Below, piece by piece: positions 55,441-64,000 of a DNA stretch of 64,000 bases. Location: the IMG/VR virus record IMGVR_UViG_3300045963_000153, positions 1 to 64,000 of that record; one strand, given 5' to 3'. The stretch is from a virus (lineage: Duplodnaviria > Heunggongvirae > Uroviricota > Caudoviricetes). Positions within the stretch are counted from its first letter, which is position 1. Every line of letters begins with the position of its first letter. The translations under genes and the position numbers were made by a program. Under the pieces are notes generated by a model. It worked only from the letters and a program-made list of their open reading frames with translations. It was not told where the DNA came from and searched no databases.

Positions 55441-55884
55441 ATGAACGCATTACATAAATTAATTATGAAGAAAAAAGGAGAAGGTAAAGATCTTTCTCCA
55501 GAACATGCTGAAGCAAAATCTAGTATGTTAGAAAAATTAATGGGTGATATGGATTCTATGGGTGCTGATAAGCTTAAAGGGCTTAAAAAAGTAACTGTAG
55601 CTTCTAATTCTCCAAAAGGTCTTGAAATGGGACTTAGCAAAGCTAAAGATCTTGTTAAAAAACCAGAAATGATGGATGAACACGAAACTGACGAAATTGA
55701 TCCAGAATTTCACAAAGACGGTGAAGAAGAAATGTCTGAAGATGAAGAATCTCCAGAACATGAAAGTATGGAATCTCCAGCACTAGAAGCATCTGAACAT
55801 GAAATGGGTGAAGATATGTCTGAAGATGAATTAAGAGCAAAAATTAGAGAACTTGAAGCTAAATTAAATCACATGAAAGCGTAG
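55441..55884 (+). CDS. highly acidic protein (E/D/M/S-rich)
   Basis: EDEESPEHESMESPALEASEHEMGEDMSEDELRAKIRELEAKL. Could be an internal or ejected protein, a chaperone, or a DNA mimic. Confidence 0.4.
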   Translation: MNALHKLIMKKKGEGKDLSPEHAEAKSSMLEKLMGDMDSMGADKLKGLKKVTVASNSPKGLEMGLSKAKDLVKKPEMMDEHETDEIDPEFHKDGEEEMSEDEESPEHESMESPALEASEHEMGEDMSEDELRAKIRELEAKLNHMKA

Positions 55885-55891
55885 GTTTATT

Positions 55892-57229
55892 GTGGCTAAC
55901 GCAAAACCTTACTATACAAGTGATGATCTAGTTGCGTCTATTCAAAGACGTATTAGTTATCCCTTGTCTGCAAATACTTTTTTATATGATGATCTTATGG
56001 CGTTTCTTAATGAGGAATTGCAGCTTAGTGCTGTACCTACCGTTAAAGAAACACATGAAGAGTACTTTGTATTTAAAGTAGAAACACCATTGGTAAATGG
56101 AATTAGTCGTTACGAGATTCCAAATCGTGCTATTGGTATGGCTTTGCGTGATGTTAAATATTCTGATACATATGGTAATTTTTACGATATGACCAGAATT
56201 GCTCCAGATGATAAAGCATTCTTTCAACAAAGTAATGGTTCAAATCAAACTGTTGCTAAATATTATTTGGAAGGTAATGAATTAGTTCTTACCCCATCAA
56301 TTGTATCAGGTGCCAGTGGTTTTTTAAATCAATTTATATTTTTAAGACCAAACAATCTTGTAAGAAATACAAGAGCTGCAACTATTGTTAGATATCATAA
56401 AAATATTACAATAAGTAATTTTGGTGCTTTAGCTGCTGGGGATGTAATTACTATTTCTGTAAATAATCAATCTCAAAATCCTTTAATTTATTATTTTACA
56501 GCAATTAGTGGTGGTACTCCTGTTGAAAATCAATTTTTAATTGGTACTGATAGTATTACTACCGCAATTAATTTAACTACAGCAATTAATAATGCTAACA
56601 TTGGGGTTGTTATTGCAAATAGTGCTACTAACGTTGTTGATTGTTCATATAATGAAATTTCAGCATCGTTTATTGCATCAAATACTACAGCATTTACTAT
56701 TGATAATGTAAATTTGGATATTGAATTTAATCAATTACCAAACACATACACCGATCCAGATACAGATCAAACTTCAACATTATATCAAGCTGGAGTATTA
56801 GTTGACTTTCTCCAAACTAATCCCGGCCATAGAACATATAATTTTGATGTTCCTTTAATTAGTATTAGTGCTGGTAATAGGGCAAAATTTCCAGTTATAT
56901 ATTTACAAACACATGCAAATAATAGTAGTGGTGGAGCTTTAACGTATTATAATATTAAAATTGGAGATTATATTTGTTTACAAAATGAATGTATTATTCC
57001 ACAAATTCCACCAGAACTTCATAATGCATTAGCTGAACGTGCCGCATCTAGAATTTTGGCAGCGATTGGTGATGTCCAAGGTTACCAAGTAAGTCAAGCA
57101 AAAATTGCTGAAATGGATAAAAAAACTGATATTCTTATTGGTTCTCGTATTGAATCTAGTGTTCCAAAAGTATTTAATCGATATTCTCTTTTAAGAATGG
57201 GAAAATCTCGTTTCCGAAGAAGGTACTAA
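55892..57229 (+). CDS. structural protein (445 aa)
   Basis: Asn/Thr-rich beta protein in the tail gene chain. Confidence 0.4.
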   Translation: MANAKPYYTSDDLVASIQRRISYPLSANTFLYDDLMAFLNEELQLSAVPTVKETHEEYFVFKVETPLVNGISRYEIPNRAIGMALRDVKYSDTYGNFYDMTRIAPDDKAFFQQSNGSNQTVAKYYLEGNELVLTPSIVSGASGFLNQFIFLRPNNLVRNTRAATIVRYHKNITISNFGALAAGDVITISVNNQSQNPLIYYFTAISGGTPVENQFLIGTDSITTAINLTTAINNANIGVVIANSATNVVDCSYNEISASFIASNTTAFTIDNVNLDIEFNQLPNTYTDPDTDQTSTLYQAGVLVDFLQTNPGHRTYNFDVPLISISAGNRAKFPVIYLQTHANNSSGGALTYYNIKIGDYICLQNECIIPQIPPELHNALAERAASRILAAIGDVQGYQVSQAKIAEMDKKTDILIGSRIESSVPKVFNRYSLLRMGKSRFRRRY

Positions 57230-60200
57230 ATGTCTTCCAGCGTAACATTAAAAGCATTAGGACTTAATTATAGTCCAAATAATTTATCTTTACCAGAAGG
57301 TTCACTTGTTCAAGCTAATGATGTTATTGTTAGACGAGACAATGTTGTAGAATCTCGCCGTGGTATTTTTGACTACTCAGAAAATTTTACAGGAAATACT
57401 GTACCACCAAAACAACTTTTAACATATAAAGATAGAATTTTATCTCATTATGCTTCTACTTTAAATTTTGATACTACAGTTTTAGATTCAACAGGTAAAT
57501 CAATTTTTAATAATTTTGATGGAACATATTCTGAAGTTGCTGCCGGATTAAGAATTAAATTTATTGAAGCTAATAAAAATTTATATTTTACTACTTCAGA
57601 TGGTATTAAAAAGATTTGTGCAAGAACAGCTAAAGATTTTAATACAGCACCAAATTATATTGTTCCAAGTGGTGGAATTAAAGCATTAGATTTTACTGCA
57701 ACATTAGAAATAAATCAAGGTCAAAATTCTGGATTTTTACCAGTTGATAGTGTAACTGCGTATCGCCATCTTTGGGGTTATAAAGATTTAAATGATAATT
57801 TAATTCTTGGTACTCCTTCAAATTCAATTCCAGTTTATAATTATCTTTCAGATACTATTCCATTAGATATTAATACTCTTTGTTTAGCATTAGATAACGT
57901 TACTCAAAACTCCGCGACATATCATTCAGTAATTAATAATAGCGTAACTCTTCCTCCTGCTGGAGCATTTACTTTTTCAAATTTATTTAAATCAAATATT
58001 ACAGATCTTGGTAGTACATTTGCAACAAATGTAATTGATATTGCAACATATATTGATAAATATTCTACTCTTGCTGATATAAATGTAACAACACTAACAA
58101 AACCACTACAAATTGGAACTTTTGAGTTAACTAATAATGTTGCAAAAATTATCTTTTCTGCTGGTGATGCTACTAAAGTATTTAAATTTGGTGATGTTAT
58201 TGAGATTAACGGCACTGCAGATGTTGGTATCGTACCGTATAGTGTTTTTAATAATCCAAATGGTACAAGTCTTTATTGGCAAATTACATCAGTAACTTCT
58301 ACAGCAATTACATTTAATTTAACACATGCGGATATTACAGTTGGTACTCCCGGTGGTGCTCCAAAAATATTTCCATACACATATCGAAATATTGTAAACA
58401 CTTCTAGTCCAAATGTTAGTTCAAATGGTAGTAATTATCCAGCACTAACTAGTCCAAATTTTACAGTGGAAACTCCAGCTACTGATTTTGAATTAAGAAC
58501 AATTCAAGATGCAATTGGTAGAATTATTACAACACTACAATCCAGTTTAAATGATTTTATTTCTTCAGCATTAGTAACTGCATATTTAACAAATTTATCC
58601 TTAACACAATCTGGTAATGTAAAACTTGCAATTAAAATTCCAAAATATATTATTGATACAAATAATACAAATTATTTTGTTCAAGTATATAGAACTAGAA
58701 CTTTTACCGCAAATGGAATTGAAATTCTTGGTGATACTGTAACTCCAGATGATGAAATGCGTTTAGTATTTGAAGGATTTCCAAGCAGTGTTGATTTTTC
58801 AACTGGGTTTATTAATTATTTTGATGAATATCCAGAAGAATTAAGAAATACAAATGCAAATTTATATACTAATCCAACAACTGGTGAAGGTATTAATCAA
58901 GCAAATGATATTCCCCCAATTGCTGAAGATATTAATCGTTTTAAAAACGTTTTATTTTTTGCTAATACTAAAACTCGTCATCGTATTAATCCTTTTCAAT
59001 TACTTGGAACTACAAATATTGGTAGTTTAAATAATAATGATAAAATTACTTTTAGTAATGGAACTACAAATATTACATTAAAATTTAATCCCGGTGTTCA
59101 ACAAATAACTAGTGTAAAATATACCTCTGGTAGTACTCCAGCAAATTATTTAAATAAATACTGGTTAATTGATAGTGGAACTAATTTTAATAAATACTAT
59201 GTTTGGTATCGTGTAGATAATGTTGGAACTGATCCAGCAATTGCAAATAGAATTCCAATTCAAGTTAATTTACTTACTGGTGATAGTATTACTTTAATTC
59301 AACAAAAAACAATTGCGGCATTTGATTCTTTTCTTTTAGATTTTACAGCAATAGCCAGCGGAACTGATACTGTACTTATTACAAATCAAACTGAAGGTAT
59401 TACTACTTTAGCTTCCGATGGAAACGTTGGTGCTCCTATTACAATTACAACACCAACTATTGGTGCTGGGCAAGATATTTTAAATAAAACCGTATTGCTT
59501 TCGACTGTAGGAACTAGAGCACAACAAATTGATGTTACTGCGAGATCTTTAGTTCAAGTATTAAATGGACAATTAAACACGTTTGTTAATGCATATTATG
59601 TTTCTGGTTCAAACTCTTCTCCCGGAATTATTAATTTAGAATCAATTTCTTTATTAAATACTGCTTTTTATATTTTAGGTTCTAACACTGGAATTGGAAC
59701 TTCGTTTAATCCAGATATTTCTCCTACTAATTTAATTACTGGAATTACTACCGCAGCAAATGCTGTAGTAACTTCAGTTGGGCATGGATTAACAAATTTA
59801 GAAGAAATTATGATAAGTGGAACTGATAGTACTCCATCTATTGATGGTATTTGGCCTGTTACTATTATTGATGCAGATCATTTTAGTGTTCCAGTTTTAA
59901 CTTCTGGAACTGGTACTGTTGGGGCTTGGGCAACACTTGAAAATACAAACGTTTCTAATAATGAAACAAAGCCTAATCGTATTTATTATAGTAAATTATC
60001 ACAACCAGAAGCCGTTCCTTTATTAAATTATTTTGATGTAGGATCTCAAGATGCGGCAATTAAACGTATTTTTCCTCTTCGTGATAGTTTATTTGTATTT
60101 AAAGAAGATGGACTATATCGTATTTCTGGAGAAACCGCACCGTTTGTAGTTACATTATTTGATAGTTCTATTGTTCTTACTGCTCCAGATAGTGTTGCTG

Positions 60201-61948
60201 TTGCAAATAATATTATCTATGGTTGGACAACTAAAGGTATTTCAAATGTAACTGAAGCTGGTGCAAATGAAATTACTAGACCAATTGATACTCAAATTTT
60301 AAAATTATCATCGGCAAATTATCCAAATTTTTCAACATTAACTTGGGGATTTGGATATGATAGTGATAATTCATATACTGTTTATACTAATGCAAATATT
60401 GATGATACTGTACCCACAATTGGATTTAGATATTCAAATCTTACTAATACTTGGACTAATTTTATTAGAAGTCAAAATTGTGGAATTGTTTTACCAAAAC
60501 AAGATGTAATGTATCTTGGTTCTGGTACAGATGGATTAATTCAAAAAGAACGCAAAACATTAACACGTTTAGATTATGCCGATAAAGATTTTACTGTAGC
60601 TTTACCAACAGATTCTGTATTTAATAATGGGACACTATTATCTTTACCTAGTGTTTCTGGAATTTCAATTGGTGACGTTGTTACACAAGAACAATATCTA
60701 ACAACGTTTGTTTTTAATTCATTATTAGAAAAATTAGATTTTGATCCTTTTGTTGGATTTAATACTATTTCTAGTACTACTGGTTCTGGAACTACAATTA
60801 CAGTAAACATGACTTCAAATCATGGATTAAACACTGGCGATTATGTTGTTCTTTCACAAACAAATTCTGCTCCAGTAATTGATGGAAAATATCAAATTGT
60901 TTATAACAGTCCAACTTCCTTTAATGTTCAAGTAGAAACTCCATTATTAATTCAAGCAACTTTTGGTAAATCAAAACGTTCTTATTATTTATCTATTCCA
61001 GCAAAAACTGGAGATAGTTTAAGAGACAATATTGTAAAATTGGCATCGTATTTAGATACAGATCCAGTATTAACGCCAATTACTCCGTCTTATTCTTCTT
61101 TAATTGCTAATAAATTTGGAAATATTATTAGTAATGCTATTGGTGTTAATACAGCAATTTATGCGCCAGCACATGGTCTTATTAATGGTCGTGTTGTTAG
61201 TATCTTTGGAACAAACTCTTCTATTCTTCCAATTACTGGAGTATTTTCTAGTACATTTATTGACGCAGATCATTTTAGTGTTCCAGTAAATGTTAGTACT
61301 CCCGGTGGAAGTGGATTAACATATACAACATCTAGCACATTAAATAGCATTGATGATATTGTAATATGTTATAATGCTATAATTAATGAATTAAATTTAA
61401 CTAGTAGTGGAACTAGATTTAAAAATTATGTTCTTTTAGATAATCAAACTGCAAGTTTATTTGAAGCTGTAGTTTTAGATGTAAGTGTTAAAAACAAACA
61501 AATTACAGTTAATCTTCCTTTACAATGGGTTGTTGGTGATCTTAGAGTTTATAAAGCAATTCCTTGTAAACTAGTTTATGCACCAATTACATTTGGTGAT
61601 CCTTTACAATTAAAACAAGTTTATGAATCAACTTTAATGTTTAATGATAAAGCATTTACAAAAGCTACAGCATCTTTTAGTAGCGATTTAAAACCAGAAT
61701 TTTCTCCTATTGATTTTTATGGTCAAGGTAATGGTATTTTTGGACATTATTCTAATCCGGGATTCGGGTTTGGATTTTTTGGTGGTTCTTCTAATAGTGC
61801 TCCATTTAGAACAATCATTCCAAGAGACAATCAACGTTGTCGTTTTATGAATGTTGCATTTGAACATAAAATTGCTCGTGAAAAATGGTCATTATATGGA
61901 ATTACATTAACTAAAACTAATAGTGATAGTACTAGAGCATATAGGTAA
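57230..61948 (+). CDS. giant structural protein (1572 aa) with at least 4 internal copies of an about 35-aa repeat (G[DE].[IV].[IL]SGT....IDG...V..IDADHFSVPV)
   Basis: IDADHFSVPV occurs twice verbatim (near aa 870 and 1340). Related copies lie near aa 320 and 1200. Confidence 0.5.
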   Translation: MSSSVTLKALGLNYSPNNLSLPEGSLVQANDVIVRRDNVVESRRGIFDYSENFTGNTVPPKQLLTYKDRILSHYASTLNFDTTVLDSTGKSIFNNFDGTYSEVAAGLRIKFIEANKNLYFTTSDGIKKICARTAKDFNTAPNYIVPSGGIKALDFTATLEINQGQNSGFLPVDSVTAYRHLWGYKDLNDNLILGTPSNSIPVYNYLSDTIPLDINTLCLALDNVTQNSATYHSVINNSVTLPPAGAFTFSNLFKSNITDLGSTFATNVIDIATYIDKYSTLADINVTTLTKPLQIGTFELTNNVAKIIFSAGDATKVFKFGDVIEINGTADVGIVPYSVFNNPNGTSLYWQITSVTSTAITFNLTHADITVGTPGGAPKIFPYTYRNIVNTSSPNVSSNGSNYPALTSPNFTVETPATDFELRTIQDAIGRIITTLQSSLNDFISSALVTAYLTNLSLTQSGNVKLAIKIPKYIIDTNNTNYFVQVYRTRTFTANGIEILGDTVTPDDEMRLVFEGFPSSVDFSTGFINYFDEYPEELRNTNANLYTNPTTGEGINQANDIPPIAEDINRFKNVLFFANTKTRHRINPFQLLGTTNIGSLNNNDKITFSNGTTNITLKFNPGVQQITSVKYTSGSTPANYLNKYWLIDSGTNFNKYYVWYRVDNVGTDPAIANRIPIQVNLLTGDSITLIQQKTIAAFDSFLLDFTAIASGTDTVLITNQTEGITTLASDGNVGAPITITTPTIGAGQDILNKTVLLSTVGTRAQQIDVTARSLVQVLNGQLNTFVNAYYVSGSNSSPGIINLESISLLNTAFYILGSNTGIGTSFNPDISPTNLITGITTAANAVVTSVGHGLTNLEEIMISGTDSTPSIDGIWPVTIIDADHFSVPVLTSGTGTVGAWATLENTNVSNNETKPNRIYYSKLSQPEAVPLLNYFDVGSQDAAIKRIFPLRDSLFVFKEDGLYRISGETAPFVVTLFDSSIVLTAPDSVAVANNIIYGWTTKGISNVTEAGANEITRPIDTQILKLSSANYPNFSTLTWGFGYDSDNSYTVYTNANIDDTVPTIGFRYSNLTNTWTNFIRSQNCGIVLPKQDVMYLGSGTDGLIQKERKTLTRLDYADKDFTVALPTDSVFNNGTLLSLPSVSGISIGDVVTQEQYLTTFVFNSLLEKLDFDPFVGFNTISSTTGSGTTITVNMTSNHGLNTGDYVVLSQTNSAPVIDGKYQIVYNSPTSFNVQVETPLLIQATFGKSKRSYYLSIPAKTGDSLRDNIVKLASYLDTDPVLTPITPSYSSLIANKFGNIISNAIGVNTAIYAPAHGLINGRVVSIFGTNSSILPITGVFSSTFIDADHFSVPVNVSTPGGSGLTYTTSSTLNSIDDIVICYNAIINELNLTSSGTRFKNYVLLDNQTASLFEAVVLDVSVKNKQITVNLPLQWVVGDLRVYKAIPCKLVYAPITFGDPLQLKQVYESTLMFNDKAFTKATASFSSDLKPEFSPIDFYGQGNGIFGHYSNPGFGFGFFGGSSNSAPFRTIIPRDNQRCRFMNVAFEHKIAREKWSLYGITLTKTNSDSTRAYR

Positions 61949-61956
61949 ACTATTAT

Positions 61957-62370
61957 ATGAAAATACCTTCATACCGAAGACTATTTAAAACTGATTATAA
62001 AGAAGAATGGCAACCGTTAGTTGACAAACTAGCTACTTCCATTAATAACGCTTTTGACACCATTTATAACGCTTTAAACAAGAATTTAACGTTTGTTGAT
62101 AATATTAATTCTACAATTGCAACATTTACAGTTAGTGTAGATGGTAATGGAATACCAAAGCAAACTACTCAATTTAAGTTAGACAGCGCACAAACAACAG
62201 TTCAAGGTCTTATTGTAATTGATTGTTTTGCCTCAAACGACACTAGTAAATACCCAAATTCTGGTATTTTTATAAATTTTACTAAAAACGATACATTAAT
62301 TAATGTTAATAGAATCAAGGGGTTACCACAAGATGTTCAGTTTAGTGTTAAAGTCCTTATGATTTCTTAA
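61957..62370 (+). CDS. structural protein (137 aa)
   Basis: ORF in the tail operon. Confidence 0.35.
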   Translation: MKIPSYRRLFKTDYKEEWQPLVDKLATSINNAFDTIYNALNKNLTFVDNINSTIATFTVSVDGNGIPKQTTQFKLDSAQTTVQGLIVIDCFASNDTSKYPNSGIFINFTKNDTLINVNRIKGLPQDVQFSVKVLMIS

Positions 62371-62372
62371 AT

Positions 62373-62396
62373 TTTAACAACTAGGAGTATATAATA
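62373..62396 (+). promoter_or_regulatory. late-promoter-like element TTTTAACAACTAGGAGTATATAAT (copy 8)
   Basis: Upstream of 62401. Confidence 0.5.
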
Positions 62397-62400
62397 TTCT

Positions 62401-64000
62401 ATGCCAATTATAAATCAACCAGCAAATCCGACTCAACCAACGTCACAAGTTAATCCGCAGGAACAAAACGATCCTGTTGGAAAGAGAGATATTGGCTCTG
62501 GATTCACTAATATTCGTAATATTCTAAATGCAAATCAAGGTGCTGGTGCTCAAATAGGTAATAATATTGCAAATAGCGTTTCTAATCAAGCTGGACGATT
62601 ACAAGGTTCAGTAGATGCAAATCAAGCAGATTTTACTAATCAAGCACAACAAAATTTTAATACGAATCAAGGTAATATTACTAACGCTAATAATGCAGTT
62701 AATACAACAAATTCTGATGATACATATTATACAAATATTGGTAAAGCACTATCTACTTCTCAATATACTGGGCCTCAAGGATTAACAAACGCACAAAATT
62801 TACAAAACCAAGCATCTAATTTAAATAATGTTGGTGGCTTATTAAATACAACAAACGGCCAAGGAAGTTTAATTCGCTCTTATGCTGCTACTCCGGGAAA
62901 TTATACCAGAGGGCAACAAGCATTAGATTCTATGTTTTTAGGACAAGATAAAGGTGCTCAACAAAATTTAAAATCACAACAAAAAAATGTTTTTAATATT
63001 GCACAAAATGTTCAAAATGCAAATGCATTAGATCAACAAACTGCAAATACATATAAAACAGCAATTGATAATAATAAAGCAAATACTCTTACAGATTTTA
63101 CAAATAAAGCTAATACTATTGATCAATCAGCATTAACTCAAGGTACAGATTATAATTCAAATATTTCTCGTCTTAAACAATTAATGTCTGGTGTTGATGC
63201 TAACGGTCAAGCTGTTCATTATAATACTTTAACTGATGCTGATCAACAATTATTACAAAATTTAAATAAATATGGTATTAATAATGAAAACATTTATCTT
63301 GGTCGTGATGATGCCAGAAACAATGTATTAGATAGCATTGCTGGGACCGCAACAATTGCTCAAGGTGGTAAACAATATACTGATGAACAAAAAAACCAAG
63401 CAAAAAATCTAGCATTATTAATGCAAAATACAGATTTAGCTAATACTATTAGAAATAATCAATTTAATTCTACATTTACTGGTGGTAAAGATTCAACATT
63501 ATATAATCCAGCAACACAAGCACACGATACCGATGTTTCTGATCAACAAAAAGTACAAAACTATATTAATTTTGTAAATCAACACGATTTGAGTTCTTTA
63601 TATGATAATAGACCAGAAAATAGACAAATAGATTTGGGTATGTTAGGAGCAGCATTAAATCAACAAGTAGGAGATACTGGATTTAATTTAGGACATGCAC
63701 TCAATACTAGAGATTATGGTTCTAGTATGCAAAATAAAATTATTGATTTTTTTACTAATAATACCCTAACACAAGAACAACAAAACCAAGTACATCAATT
63801 TCAAAATTCTCCCGGAAGAACTACTGGGCAAGTTATGGATTTAATTAAAGGGTTATATAGTGGTCGATATTCTGATTTAAATTCTCGTATTCCTAAATAT
63901 GGAAGTATTCAAGAAGCAATTTTACAAAGACTTGGTAAATCTCCAGATCAACAATATGCTTCAAATGCACTTTCTTCAGCAGAAACTGGACCTTTAAATA
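62401..64000 (+). CDS. large Asn/Gln-rich structural protein, N-terminal part (continues past the window; tape-measure or tail candidate)
   Basis: ATG at 62401 right after the late-promoter motif at 62373. The frame is open to the window end. Confidence 0.45.
   Translation, partial: MPIINQPANPTQPTSQVNPQEQNDPVGKRDIGSGFTNIRNILNANQGAGAQIGNNIANSVSNQAGRLQGSVDANQADFTNQAQQNFNTNQGNITNANNAVNTTNSDDTYYTNIGKALSTSQYTGPQGLTNAQNLQNQASNLNNVGGLLNTTNGQGSLIRSYAATPGNYTRGQQALDSMFLGQDKGAQQNLKSQQKNVFNIAQNVQNANALDQQTANTYKTAIDNNKANTLTDFTNKANTIDQSALTQGTDYNSNISRLKQLMSGVDANGQAVHYNTLTDADQQLLQNLNKYGINNENIYLGRDDARNNVLDSIAGTATIAQGGKQYTDEQKNQAKNLALLMQNTDLANTIRNNQFNSTFTGGKDSTLYNPATQAHDTDVSDQQKVQNYINFVNQHDLSSLYDNRPENRQIDLGMLGAALNQQVGDTGFNLGHALNTRDYGSSMQNKIIDFFTNNTLTQEQQNQVHQFQNSPGRTTGQVMDLIKGLYSGRYSDLNSRIPKYGSIQEAILQRLGKSPDQQYASNALSSAETGPLN

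Noticed and set aside
1-64000. CRISPR array or large tandem repeats
   Set aside because: No regularly spaced direct repeats with unique spacers seen. The only repeats are short promoter-region elements.

Overview
The window reads as one AT-rich (about 30% GC by eye) double-stranded DNA phage or prophage segment with two divergently transcribed arms. The left arm, roughly 1-32300, is on the minus strand. The right arm, roughly 33600-64000, is on the plus strand. A 1.3-kb non-coding control region at 32272-33602 separates them and carries sigma70-like promoters and direct repeats.

The left arm is an early, accessory and metabolic arm. It encodes:
- an ERF-like annealing protein (partial) and two free-standing HNH homing endonucleases;
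- a NAMPT-like enzyme, a mini-macro domain protein and a shortened Prs-like phosphoribosyltransferase. This trio is a candidate NAD+ reconstitution or NAD salvage module that resembles NARP1;
- a PD-(D/E)XK nuclease and a T4-type polynucleotide kinase-phosphatase;
- two Pol-beta-type nucleotidyltransferases;
- a Ro60/TROVE+vWA protein (Rsr), followed immediately by a Y-RNA-like ncRNA (YrlA-like). That RNA has a permuted tRNA-like module, and a second tRNA-like element sits next to it;
- a class II ribonucleotide reductase with a GC-rich structured leader;
- a run of five lipoprotein or secreted genes, a lytic transglycosylase, an SPFH protein and a cold-shock protein;
- a GC-richer island at about 28.9-32.3 kb carrying DUF932-like and GP88-like genes.

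The right arm is a lysis plus virion module. It encodes an M15 peptidase endolysin, large terminase, portal, very large Gly/Ser-rich fibre-like proteins of 1294, 690 and 1572 aa, a Dps-like ferritin-fold protein, two HExxH proteins, scaffold, major capsid, and a tail-collar-domain fibre.

A conserved element, AATTTTAACAACTAG plus TATA(T)AAT, recurs eight times upstream of right-arm genes and looks like a phage-specific late promoter. Several GC-rich ORF-free islands look like structured RNAs.

Shine-Dalgarno sites (AAGGAG) are used. No CRISPR array is present.
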